From positions 1 through 64,000 of the IMG/VR virus record IMGVR_UViG_3300023174_007394: a DNA stretch of 64,000 nt. One strand, given 5' to 3'. Shown in pieces: positions 29,381-38,480 of the stretch (positions are counted from its first letter, which is position 1; each line of letters begins with the position of its first letter). Under the pieces are notes generated by a model, which was not told the origin of the DNA, did not search any database, and saw only the letters and a program-made list of their open reading frames with translations. The DNA is from a virus. The position numbers and the translations under genes are program-made.

Positions 29381-30127
29381 TTATATAGAGTGTATTTTTC
29401 TAAATTCCTCTAGAAGTCCTAAAAATTTTCTTAGGTGTGTTTTAAATTCATCTTTTGTAACTATAAATTTTTGGATCTTAGAATCCTTTTCGTTTGCTAT
29501 CCATATTTCACCTCTATCTGGGATCACCCCATATCTTTCAGCATATGCAAACATGTATGCGGATATTTGACATTTATATGATTCTATATCATCTTCATCC
29601 TTTGGCGAGCTAGCAGATTTAAAATCTATTATAACGTGAAGATCTGAATAATCCTTAAATATAAAGTCTGTAGCTCCTGCCCATCCTCCCCTAAAATCCG
29701 TCCATAAAAAAAGCTCATTATGAAGTACCTCTTTTATATCCTCCCAAAAATTATTGTGATAAAAATTCCAAAATAAATCTCTTCCTTTTTTGATAAGATT
29801 TATATTCTTTGGATCTTTAGATTCTTCATCCTTTGCTATATTTTGGGCAATTAATAAACTCTTCTCTACAGATCTGGACTGAGCATACTCCAATAAGAAA
29901 TTTTCAAGCATAGAATGCATAATTGTTCCTCTGTAAGAAGCATTATCTAGAATGCTTTGCCATCTCTCCTCACCAAACTTTTCCCTTAAGCTTTTATATT
30001 TAGGCTCAGTTAAAAGTTTTAGTACAGTCGTGACGCTTGGTAATACAAGTTTCTGAACATTTTCTCTAGAGATTTCGTAAGCCCTACCCCATGGATAGCT
30101 CTTTCTTTCTATATTAGAATTTTCCAA
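29381..30127 (-). CDS. PD-(D/E)xK exonuclease (RecB/lambda-exo-like)
   Basis: LPSVTTVL, RGTIMH, AGATDF, IIDFKS, QISAY. TTG start. Confidence 0.85.
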   Translation of the reverse strand: MENSNIERKSYPWGRAYEISRENVQKLVLPSVTTVLKLLTEPKYKSLREKFGEERWQSILDNASYRGTIMHSMLENFLLEYAQSRSVEKSLLIAQNIAKDEESKDPKNINLIKKGRDLFWNFYHNNFWEDIKEVLHNELFLWTDFRGGWAGATDFIFKDYSDLHVIIDFKSASSPKDEDDIESYKCQISAYMFAYAERYGVIPDRGEIWIANEKDSKIQKFIVTKDEFKTHLRKFLGLLEEFRKIHSI

Positions 30128-30598
30128 TTAAAATTGTGATATTATCCAAGCATATGCGTTGGTGAAAAAGTGTGTTCTGGATTGTATGAAATAAATGGAT
30201 GTCCATATTATAGATCTGGATAAAACCCATCCCCATCCTAAGCTTCTAAAATAAAAAGAATAGACTAAAAGATATGAAGTAGAATCTGGTATTTCAGTAT
30301 ATTCAGGGGCAATTATTTCATGAAGATTTAATGATGTTAGATATTCATTCAATCCTTTGCTCTGATCTATAAGATATGCTGGCCAAACCTCTCTTGGCAT
30401 ATCAGGTGAAAGAGTAACCTCAGGCGGCAAATTCATAACAGTATAGATTCTTCCTATCCAATCAACTCTAAGATTATTCTTAGCCCATATTGGAGAATTT
30501 ACACTTTCTCTTTTTACCACTTTTCTGAGATAAAGATAATTATTTATATCTTTAATTACTTCGGGAAATTTAAATATTGATGATAGTATCCTTTTCAT
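30128..30598 (-). CDS. Hypothetical protein with C-terminal hydrophobic segment
   Basis: Abuts both neighbours. Confidence 0.7.
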   Translation of the reverse strand: MKRILSSIFKFPEVIKDINNYLYLRKVVKRESVNSPIWAKNNLRVDWIGRIYTVMNLPPEVTLSPDMPREVWPAYLIDQSKGLNEYLTSLNLHEIIAPEYTEIPDSTSYLLVYSFYFRSLGWGWVLSRSIIWTSIYFIQSRTHFFTNAYAWIISQF

Positions 30599-30599
30599 A

Positions 30600-31223
30600 T
30601 TAATCTATAAAATTTAATTTAATTCCAGGAAACATTTCGCGAATTTTTATTCTTGCCCTTCTTATTCTTGTAGCAACTGCTCTTTTTTTCATCCCGTGCT
30701 TATCAGCTATTTCCTGATATTTTAATTTATTGATTTCACGGTCAATAAGTATATCTTTATAAATAGAAGGAAGATTTTTCATTTTTTCCAATACATCCTC
30801 ATATAGATCATCAAATCCACCTCCTTTATTATCTATTTCCCAATCTGGCTCTGTAAATATTTCCTCCGGTGTAATGTCAGATAAAGGAATAAATTCTTCG
30901 TAATCCTTTCCATCAATTTCAATTGATTCATAGATAAGAGGAGTAAATCTCTTAGATTTCTTTTTAATTAATAGAGATTCATTTCTAGCTATATTATAAG
31001 CCCATGTAGAAAAGTTTCCTCTAGATGGGTCATATTGTGAAACCTTAACCCATATTTTTTCAAATGTTTTAGATACAGCATCCTCTGCTATTTCTTCCTC
31101 TATTAGAATAGATCTACAGTGATTTAGAAGTCCGGGTTTAATCCTGTCATAAAGATACTTAAAATCTTTTTCTTGTGATGTTTGTAAAAATGTTTCTGCT
31201 AATTCCTGAATTGTTTTTGCCAT
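30600..31223 (-). CDS. ECF-type RNA polymerase sigma factor
   Basis: Region 2 (AEDAVSKTFEKIW...YDPSRGNFSTWAYNIARN) and region 4 (LKYQEIA...VATRIRRAR). Confidence 0.9.
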   Translation of the reverse strand: MAKTIQELAETFLQTSQEKDFKYLYDRIKPGLLNHCRSILIEEEIAEDAVSKTFEKIWVKVSQYDPSRGNFSTWAYNIARNESLLIKKKSKRFTPLIYESIEIDGKDYEEFIPLSDITPEEIFTEPDWEIDNKGGGFDDLYEDVLEKMKNLPSIYKDILIDREINKLKYQEIADKHGMKKRAVATRIRRARIKIREMFPGIKLNFID

Positions 31224-31244
31224 TTATTTTGAGGTTTTGAGGTT

Positions 31245-31718
31245 TCATATTCTTATATAAACTACTTCTATATTTGCAATTCTTAATAGTTCTAAAGATT
31301 CTATTTTTCTATAGAATTCAGAAAAAACTATTCTTTTTATTCCTGATTGTATGATAAGTTTTGCGCAATCATAACAAGGAGATAGCGTCACATACATCGT
31401 ACCATTTTCCGAAGAAACTGTATTTTTTGCTAGCTTTGTTATTGCATTAGCCTCTGCGTGTAATACGTAAGGAAATGTGTTATTGTCGCAATCCTCACAA
31501 TCATTAGAAAATCCTGTTGGTGTTCCATTGTAACCATCAGATATGATAGTTTTGTTTCCAACTATCAAGCATCCAACCTGATTTCTTTTACAATAGGAAT
31601 TAAAGGACCATTCCTTTGCCATTTTTAAATAGACAAGATCCAGCTTAAATTGTTTCTGGTCTGGACAATTTTCTAAGGTTCTTTCTAATAAAAAATTTGT
31701 TATAGAATTATACTCCAA
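31245..31718 (-). CDS. cd: dCMP deaminase
   Basis: GYNGTP, HAEANAI, PCYDC. Confidence 0.93.
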   Translation of the reverse strand: MEYNSITNFLLERTLENCPDQKQFKLDLVYLKMAKEWSFNSYCKRNQVGCLIVGNKTIISDGYNGTPTGFSNDCEDCDNNTFPYVLHAEANAITKLAKNTVSSENGTMYVTLSPCYDCAKLIIQSGIKRIVFSEFYRKIESLELLRIANIEVVYIRI

Positions 31719-31941
31719 TTTCTTCCACTTTTGAGCTTAATTTACCTAATATTTGATACACTGAAAATGCAGGGAATTTTCCAAGAATAGAAATAACCCT
31801 ATTTATTTCTTCCTCCGTAAGGATATCATTAGATTTTAAAAGATCAATAGCTTCTCTTGTTCCATCAAATGGATTTTCTAAAAATCCAATTATTTCATTT
31901 GTTAAATCTTCGGAAATTTTGTATTTTTTATCTTCTGACAT
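31708..31941 (-). CDS. Hypothetical protein
   Basis: First ORF after a GAAAC-type promoter. Confidence 0.7.
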   Translation of the reverse strand: MSEDKKYKISEDLTNEIIGFLENPFDGTREAIDLLKSNDILTEEEINRVISILGKFPAFSVYQILGKLSSKVEEIGV

Positions 31942-31953
31942 ATTTTTTTCTAT

Positions 31954-31981
31954 ATATTACACAAATATAAATAAAAGTTTC
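31954..31981 (-). promoter_or_regulatory. Putative promoter GAAAC-N17-TAATAT
   Basis: Member of a recurring bipartite motif. Confidence 0.55.
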
Positions 31982-31998
31982 GAAAATAAAAAACGTAA

Positions 31999-34900
31999 TT
32001 AGTGAAGCTTGAAGGTAGATTCTGTGGTAATAAGTGGTCCTTGTAATGTCTTTAATATGTCCCTCATAACTTGTAGAAGCTCTTTATTATCTCCTTGATC
32101 CTGTTCTTTTATATCACCATCGGAACTTTTTGTTTCATTTGGGGTATTTCCTTTACTTTCGCCTGATTCGGTAGGTGTTTCTGCTGAGCTAGATGCTTCA
32201 TTTTTAACAGATTCTTGTACTTTTTCATCCTGAGGGGGTAAAGCATCAGATTTAGTCTGAACAGAAGGTTCTTCTGTTTTACTTGACATTTTTGGTACAT
32301 TTGATACCATTTTAGCAGTATTTGAAACCGATGATGCTTCTTTTACAATGTTTCCAGCAGCCTCTTTTACCGTGCTGGTTGAATTTATTATGCTTGGAAT
32401 ACTTGAAGCTGCTGTATTTTTAATGTTTGATGCAACGTTAGATACTATATTTGTTGCGGCATTTGTTGTGCTTCCCCCTAAAATTGAGCTTGCACTCTTA
32501 TTAAGATTAGATACAATATTTGATGCAGCTCCTGAAGAAACCCCAGGAATTCCAATTGATTTTTCTATATTTTCTATTTTATCTTTTACTGGCTGGGCAA
32601 TCGTATTCAATACACTTCCTATACCGCCTTTTTCTGCAGATTTTAATAATCCGCCTTCTTTAGAGAAATCTGCTACTTTGGATATTTGATCTGTTATATT
32701 TTTCTGAATTCCTCCTGCTTTAGTAACTTCCCCTATTGAAGAAGCCATCTTTAATCCACTGCTAATAATATTACCTACAGATTTACCCGATTTCTCTTTA
32801 GCCATTTGTTGGCTTTGATCGTTCGGTAATACACTTGTTGATGATACCTTAGAAACTACATTCTGATCTTGACCAGAAATTGCCGGACCTTGATTTACAC
32901 TTTGGGTGTTATTATTTTGTTGATTTTCAGAAGCCTGGGGTATTGGGTCTTTAGGTTTTTCTGCCGATTTAGAAATTTTAGATCCTGATTTACTGACCAA
33001 TACTGCGTCCATTGCTTCATCCTCTGCCCTTTGTTTTCTTGCAAACTCTTCATCTACCTTTCCAACTGCACTTTCCGCTGTATTATTATTCTGATTTTGA
33101 GGAGTCTGTGGTATTGGGTCTTTAGTTTTTTCTACAGATTTAGAAACACCAGCTCCTGATTCACTCATCATTACAGCATCTAATGCATCCTGTTCCAATT
33201 TCTGCTTTCTTGCAAACTCTTCATCTACCTTTCCAACAGAACTTTCCTGTGAATTATTTAAAACATTTTGTGAGTTAGCAGTTATTACAGGTGTAGGGGT
33301 TTCAGCAATAGTAACAGTAGGACTTACCCCTGATATAGCTTGTTCCTCTGAGGATGTAGAATTAGTGGATGCAGTACCGGAAACATCAGGGCTTACACCA
33401 GATATTGTTTGATCAGTAGCTTTAGAAACCGGTTCTGAAGCGGGTGTAGCAATATCTGTATTAGATTGTTGATTTGAAGCGGCGGGTTCTTGTATAGAAG
33501 CGTTTGGTTCAATAGATGTATTTACAGCAACTGGGTTTTGTTCTGTAACTATGGCAGTTGGCGTCTCCACATTGGGATTTTTCCCAGCTATTGCTTGTTC
33601 TATTGGTTCAGAAGCGGCATCCCCGCTATCTATTTCTTCATTTTCGTCTTCATTTTCTTGACCAATCACCCTGGTTGATGGTGTAGTTACTGCAGGATTT
33701 ATTTCTGCTACCTGTGTTTTGCCTTCAGAATTTGGCTGAGAGCTTGACTCAATATTTTTATTAACTCCTGTGGATATTTGATCTCTTAAAACTGCAGTTT
33801 GATCATTTTCTCTCCCTGTCTGTATAGATTCTGTAGGTGCTGGATTATCAGGTGCAGCTTGAGTAGGTGCTGAATTAGATGTAGCAGCTTGGGTAGATGC
33901 TGGGATAGTTGACTGAGCTACTCCTACAGGATTTTGCTCCTTTATTGTAGCAGCAGTTGATTGCTCTGTATCTTTTACATCAGGAGCTATGGTAGGAGCT
34001 ATGGTAGTAGGTACCTGAGCTTGTTCTTTATTAGTGTTAGCAGTTGTTGGCGGTGTCGGATTTACTCCCGAAATAACTTGTTGCTGTGGAGATTGTGAAG
34101 CATTTGAATGTACTTCCCCTGTATTTGTTTTATCTGGTTGATTAGTAACAGGTGTGCTTGCCTGTGTTGTTTGTCCTTGTTTTTTTTCTGTAGCTGCTAT
34201 AGAAGTTGGAGAAGATTCAAGAGTAAAACTATTCTTCTCTTTATCACCAGATTCTGGAGAACCCCCTAATAATTTTTCAATGCTCTTTTCAAAGTCTGAG
34301 GCAAAGCTTCCCATCTCAAACTCTTTAACATCTCCCTCTTTTAGGGGTTCTTCTCCACCTTTACTTTTTTCTTTATCCACTTTGGTAGCATCTACGCCAT
34401 CTATAGATTCATCCTTTTGTGATTTTTTTGCATCGGCGGTTGAAGCATCTTTTACTGCTGATGGCTCACCTAATAATTCACCCAATGCCTTTTCAAAATC
34501 TGCAGCAAGACTTCCTTCTGCAAATTCTCTCTTGCCCTTAGTGGATTTATCTTCATTTATACGATCTCCCTTAGAATCTACATAATAGGATATTTTTCCT
34601 TCTGCATCATAAACAGGATATTTAACCTCTGCTTGTGCTGAGGGTGCTTGTGTAGAAGTAGCAGGTGTTTCTGTTTTTGCCTCAGTTGTTGTAGTTGCAG
34701 GTGCTTGTGTAGAAGTGGCAGGTGTTTCTGTTTTTGTCCCAGCAGCGAGTGCTTGTGTAGGTGTTTCTGCTGGTGCAGATGTATTTTCTTTTATAGGAGC
34801 ACCCTTAGCATCTACATAATAAGATATTTTACCCTCTGCATCATACACAGCATATTTAACATCAGATTTATTCTCTTGGGTTTGTTGAGTATTTTCTGTG

Positions 34901-35661
34901 GTATTTTGTGTCTGATTAACCTGAGTATTTGTAGAATTATTTTTATTCTCTACCTGTGTTTGGTTAGTTGTATTATTAACCTGATTAATCGTTTGTGGTG
35001 TAGCCTCTTTTATTTGTGCACTTTCCTCTTTTTTGGCTTCATCTTTTTTAGGTGATGCTGTAGGCTTTGCACTAGGAGAGGTGGATGCTAATTGGATAAA
35101 AAGCTGTTCACTGTTTTTTAAATGTGTATTATCTGCTTCATTCCCTGGCCTATCTATTTTAATTTCTTTTAGATATTTAATCAGGGTTGAAGATAAAATG
35201 CTTTCTAATTGTTCTGCTGATAATTTATCTAACTCACTATTTCCTGTTGATGGCTCTTCCCCGTCTTTAATGTCTGCTAATGCCTCTTTTATAGAACGAT
35301 AGTCAGATTTGGTCTTGGCTACTAGATCAATATTTGCACCAGATTCTTTAAATGATTTAGATGAATCCAGATCCATATTATTCAAAGACTCAATAGGAAC
35401 ACTTTTTAAACGTTCCACATATTGTCCTACCCCACTTATTGTTTGTTCTGCTATTTTTTCTATGCCCTTCTCATCAATATCAGGCTGCTTGAAAAAATTA
35501 ATCATTCCAAAAGGAGGAAAAATATTACCCCTAGCATTACTCAATGCAATTTCTAAAGCAGCCTCGGATAACCCCTTAACTACTTCAGATTTTTCTTTTA
35601 ATTCAGCAATCTTCTGATTGTAAAAATTAACCTTGTCTGTATCTGTCTTTAATTCTGCCAA
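31999..35661 (-). CDS. 1220 aa low-complexity protein in tape-measure (gp29) position
   Basis: Follows tube and gp26/gp51-like genes; S/T/Q/P/E-rich with internal duplications. Function assigned from synteny only. Confidence 0.45.
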   Translation of the reverse strand: MAELKTDTDKVNFYNQKIAELKEKSEVVKGLSEAALEIALSNARGNIFPPFGMINFFKQPDIDEKGIEKIAEQTISGVGQYVERLKSVPIESLNNMDLDSSKSFKESGANIDLVAKTKSDYRSIKEALADIKDGEEPSTGNSELDKLSAEQLESILSSTLIKYLKEIKIDRPGNEADNTHLKNSEQLFIQLASTSPSAKPTASPKKDEAKKEESAQIKEATPQTINQVNNTTNQTQVENKNNSTNTQVNQTQNTTENTQQTQENKSDVKYAVYDAEGKISYYVDAKGAPIKENTSAPAETPTQALAAGTKTETPATSTQAPATTTTEAKTETPATSTQAPSAQAEVKYPVYDAEGKISYYVDSKGDRINEDKSTKGKREFAEGSLAADFEKALGELLGEPSAVKDASTADAKKSQKDESIDGVDATKVDKEKSKGGEEPLKEGDVKEFEMGSFASDFEKSIEKLLGGSPESGDKEKNSFTLESSPTSIAATEKKQGQTTQASTPVTNQPDKTNTGEVHSNASQSPQQQVISGVNPTPPTTANTNKEQAQVPTTIAPTIAPDVKDTEQSTAATIKEQNPVGVAQSTIPASTQAATSNSAPTQAAPDNPAPTESIQTGRENDQTAVLRDQISTGVNKNIESSSQPNSEGKTQVAEINPAVTTPSTRVIGQENEDENEEIDSGDAASEPIEQAIAGKNPNVETPTAIVTEQNPVAVNTSIEPNASIQEPAASNQQSNTDIATPASEPVSKATDQTISGVSPDVSGTASTNSTSSEEQAISGVSPTVTIAETPTPVITANSQNVLNNSQESSVGKVDEEFARKQKLEQDALDAVMMSESGAGVSKSVEKTKDPIPQTPQNQNNNTAESAVGKVDEEFARKQRAEDEAMDAVLVSKSGSKISKSAEKPKDPIPQASENQQNNNTQSVNQGPAISGQDQNVVSKVSSTSVLPNDQSQQMAKEKSGKSVGNIISSGLKMASSIGEVTKAGGIQKNITDQISKVADFSKEGGLLKSAEKGGIGSVLNTIAQPVKDKIENIEKSIGIPGVSSGAASNIVSNLNKSASSILGGSTTNAATNIVSNVASNIKNTAASSIPSIINSTSTVKEAAGNIVKEASSVSNTAKMVSNVPKMSSKTEEPSVQTKSDALPPQDEKVQESVKNEASSSAETPTESGESKGNTPNETKSSDGDIKEQDQGDNKELLQVMRDILKTLQGPLITTESTFKLH

Positions 35662-35695
35662 TCTTTGTATTTATATCCCTCTATATATTACTAAA

Positions 35696-35890
35696 CTATT
35701 GCTTATCAAAATTGAACAAAGGAACCATACCTTCATTTTCCTGAGTTATCTTCTTGTTTCTTTCCTCTATTTCTTTATTTATTTTTTCAAGTATTATTTG
35801 AAATTCAAAATAAGGAAGTTTTTCTAACTCTGTAAATGAGATATTATGGTCCTTTGCAAATCTAATTTTAATATCAAAGTAATTGTCCAA
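35696..35890 (-). CDS. gp51-like baseplate hub/tail assembly protein (TTG start or frameshift extension of the upstream gene)
   Basis: SLDNYF...HNISFTELEKLPYFEFQIILE resembles T4-like gp51; overlaps the upstream gene in the +1 frame. Confidence 0.6.
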   Translation of the reverse strand: MDNYFDIKIRFAKDHNISFTELEKLPYFEFQIILEKINKEIEERNKKITQENEGMVPLFNFDKQ

Positions 35891-36866
35891 GGATATCTGA
35901 AATAATGTAAAGGGATCTGATTCCACCGCGAAATCGAATAGGTGCAGCGACCTCAGCACTGCATTTACTACATGTTACAGATAAGCTATTTTTTGTGGCA
36001 AATGTTATTTGTTTAGATATAGAGTCTGCTAGAACAAACTGTGTATAAGACCAATTTTTTGAAACCATTTCATAATCATCGTAAGCTTTTTCATCTAAAT
36101 CCCTCCAATTGGGTATAATATATGGAGAAGCCTCTGCAAAAACAGGATCATATTTTCTATCCTTATCTAATTTCTCTCTAAGAATCTTTCTTATCTTTGT
36201 TGAAACACCTATTGTGGGGATAAATAGTTGTATTCCAGCATCTCCATTCTTAGGTGTAAGCTGAAAACATCCGTTTTCATTATCGTAATATTTCTTTATA
36301 GAATCGCTTAATTTAAAATTTGAAAGTATTCCAGATGATAATTCAATCTCATTAGGTATAGGGCAATCTTCTTTTTTACACTCTTTTTGTACTGGTATAA
36401 ATATTCTATTCTCTCCTTTCACGAAAGTTAAATCTCTTATAGCCATAAAGATATAAAATCGATCTTCCTGATAAAGATCCATATAATTTAATGGGCCTTC
36501 CTGCCATCTGATAGAACAGCATTTAGAAATTATGTGATTAATTTTGTCATCTATGTCTATAGGATCATTCTCATCGATGGTGGAAAAATGTCTTATCTCT
36601 CCAACCTCTGCAGATCTGATCGAGATTTCCATCTCTGGCGGATATCCAAAGGATTCAGATGGTAAATTTGTAGCAGGAATTTTTTTCCATGGTGAATCCA
36701 TTGCTTGTATAGATCCCGGAACTTTGTCATTAACAAAAGATGCCCTACCTAATGAGGTAGATTGTTGTACGTTTTGTGGGGGAAGCGGAATATCATCATA
36801 CTTGATCTTAGCCGCCAATTCTTTTTGTCTTAATTGCTCTAATGCAATTTCATCCATATTATCCAT
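35874..36866 (-). CDS. gp26-like baseplate hub / tail assembly chaperone
   Basis: LPS...YP, DRFYIFMAIRDLT, CxxxxC and CxxC pairs; between tube genes and the gp51-like ORF. Confidence 0.6.
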   Translation of the reverse strand: MDNMDEIALEQLRQKELAAKIKYDDIPLPPQNVQQSTSLGRASFVNDKVPGSIQAMDSPWKKIPATNLPSESFGYPPEMEISIRSAEVGEIRHFSTIDENDPIDIDDKINHIISKCCSIRWQEGPLNYMDLYQEDRFYIFMAIRDLTFVKGENRIFIPVQKECKKEDCPIPNEIELSSGILSNFKLSDSIKKYYDNENGCFQLTPKNGDAGIQLFIPTIGVSTKIRKILREKLDKDRKYDPVFAEASPYIIPNWRDLDEKAYDDYEMVSKNWSYTQFVLADSISKQITFATKNSLSVTCSKCSAEVAAPIRFRGGIRSLYIISDILGQLL

Positions 36867-36943
36867 AAAATTTCTTTTTATATTTTATCTATCATTACTT
36901 CTAGTATCTTCGATAAAATATAATTCGAATTGTATAAGGATTA

Positions 36944-37180
36944 TTATTTTTGCTTATTTAAGTATCTCGTAAGCAAGATATACGACAACCAAAAAAAGCC
37001 TGAAATTGAATAAAAAACTAAATCTGCTACCCAGTACGATCCACTCAGATCCATTATCAATTTGAATAATGCGTCGTAACCAAGTGGAAGAAAAAACATT
37101 GCTAGCATTAGCGAAGTTTCCTTGTATATCTGTAGTCTTTTTCCCTTTTCTTTTAATGTTTGAATTTTTTTTAGAATCAC
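36944..37180 (-). CDS. Small two-TM membrane protein (GTG start), overlapped by an equal-length alternative frame 36954-37190
   Basis: MLAMFFLPLGYDALF...FYSISGFFWLSYILL hydrophobic helices. Confidence 0.55.
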   Translation of the reverse strand: MILKKIQTLKEKGKRLQIYKETSLMLAMFFLPLGYDALFKLIMDLSGSYWVADLVFYSISGFFWLSYILLTRYLNKQK

Positions 37181-37228
37181 CGTCGTCCATATATTGGTTG
37201 TTTTACTTTCTAAATGAAATACCAAATA

Positions 37229-37257
37229 AAAAGGCTTATCGGTAGGATAAGCCTTTT
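37229..37257 (-). terminator. Intrinsic terminator after the tail tube genes
   Basis: Perfect 12-bp inverted repeat AAAAGGCTTATC-GGTAG-GATAAGCCTTTT. Confidence 0.85.
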
Positions 37258-37276
37258 ATATATCTTTTTAATTAGA

Positions 37277-37855
37277 TTAATTAAACACGTCTTCGAAATA
37301 GTCTGCTCTAAATTCTGCGCTTATGTTATAAATATTCTGTCCATTTTCATAACTAAGAGGTAGTGGATCTATAGCTTTGGTTGGGAAGATATTAAAGAAT
37401 TTCATTCTTCTGAAAACATCTCCTTGTTTATTAAAGATACTAATTAGCATATAACATCCACCCGCATAATTAGATTTTATACCCATAGCACCAGTAAGAG
37501 GATTATAAACTAGATCACCCCATTGTCTAAGTGTTTTGTGAACGTAGTTAGAGTTGTTGTCATCTAGGTTAGTATGGAATTGAAGTCTTAGCTTAACACC
37601 AGTATCTTCAACTGCTCCTCCAGCATATCTTCTTCCTGAAAATTTGTAGTTCTGTTGAACTGGTGTTGGAGTTTTATCTACCTCTAGACCCGAAATCTGA
37701 GTGATATTTTCAACTAATAGGGTTCTTCCTCCTGTTCCTACAGGGTTAGAAACTGCTGTAGGAGGTTGTAAAATAACCTCAAATTGGTTTAAATATACTG
37801 GTTCGTATAAACTTACCGCTGCTTTCGCACTAGTAAAATGTGGTAATCCTGCCAT
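37277..37855 (-). CDS. gp19: Tail tube protein copy 2 (gp19-like)
   Basis: MAGLPH, NQFEV, RQWGDLVYNPLTG, FPT, FRADY; downstream of the sheath. Confidence 0.8.
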   Translation of the reverse strand: MAGLPHFTSAKAAVSLYEPVYLNQFEVILQPPTAVSNPVGTGGRTLLVENITQISGLEVDKTPTPVQQNYKFSGRRYAGGAVEDTGVKLRLQFHTNLDDNNSNYVHKTLRQWGDLVYNPLTGAMGIKSNYAGGCYMLISIFNKQGDVFRRMKFFNIFPTKAIDPLPLSYENGQNIYNISAEFRADYFEDVFN

Positions 37856-37867
37856 TTTATTTTTTTA

Positions 37868-38440
37868 TTATATAAATACATCATCAAAGTAATCAACCGC
37901 CCATTGAACTCTTAATGCAAAAAGGTTGTTACTAGTGTAGTTAAGATCCATAGCATTCAAGTTAGACATAATAAAGCAATCTTTACAAGTGATTCTTCTA
38001 AATACATCACCAGCTTTATTAAACACGCTAATAACAATAGTTCCGCAATAATCTTTCTTAAGTCCCATAGCTCCAGTGAGTGGATTGTGTATTAAATCCG
38101 CCCATTGTCTCATGTATTTAAACACGTACATAGAGTTATTATTATCAAGGTTAACCTCAAAATTGATTGTTAGATCAAGTCCAGTTCTTGCTGGCTTAGC
38201 CCCTGCATAGTATCTCTTTGCGTTTTTGTACATCTGATATACTTCACTTGGGTTTTGATCAACTGCAAGTCCTTCTATACCTTTAACATGCTCTAGGAGT
38301 ATGTTTCCGTTATTTGGGTTACCCTGGGGTACGTTTATTGCTGTTGGAGGTAATATTAATACCTCAAACTGGTTCGTAAATATCGGTTCAAATTTATTTA
38401 CCGACGCTTTCGATGTTGTATAATGTGGTAATCCTGCCAT
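37868..38440 (-). CDS. gp19: Tail tube protein copy 1 (gp19-like)
   Basis: MAGLPH, NQFEV, RQWADLIHNPLTG, WAVDY; directly after the sheath. Confidence 0.82.
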   Translation of the reverse strand: MAGLPHYTTSKASVNKFEPIFTNQFEVLILPPTAINVPQGNPNNGNILLEHVKGIEGLAVDQNPSEVYQMYKNAKRYYAGAKPARTGLDLTINFEVNLDNNNSMYVFKYMRQWADLIHNPLTGAMGLKKDYCGTIVISVFNKAGDVFRRITCKDCFIMSNLNAMDLNYTSNNLFALRVQWAVDYFDDVFI

Positions 38441-38480
38441 TTTTTATTTTATATATTCCAATCTTTATATTTCATTCAAA

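Noticed and set aside
29381-30127. Cas4 / CRISPR adaptation gene
   Set aside because: Lacks the four-Cys Fe-S cluster; generic phage PD-(D/E)xK exonuclease.
34648-35055. Cys-rich + strand ORF and other + strand ORFs inside long minus-strand genes
   Set aside because: Antisense to Thr/Ala/Gln-rich codons of real genes; no promoter or initiation context.
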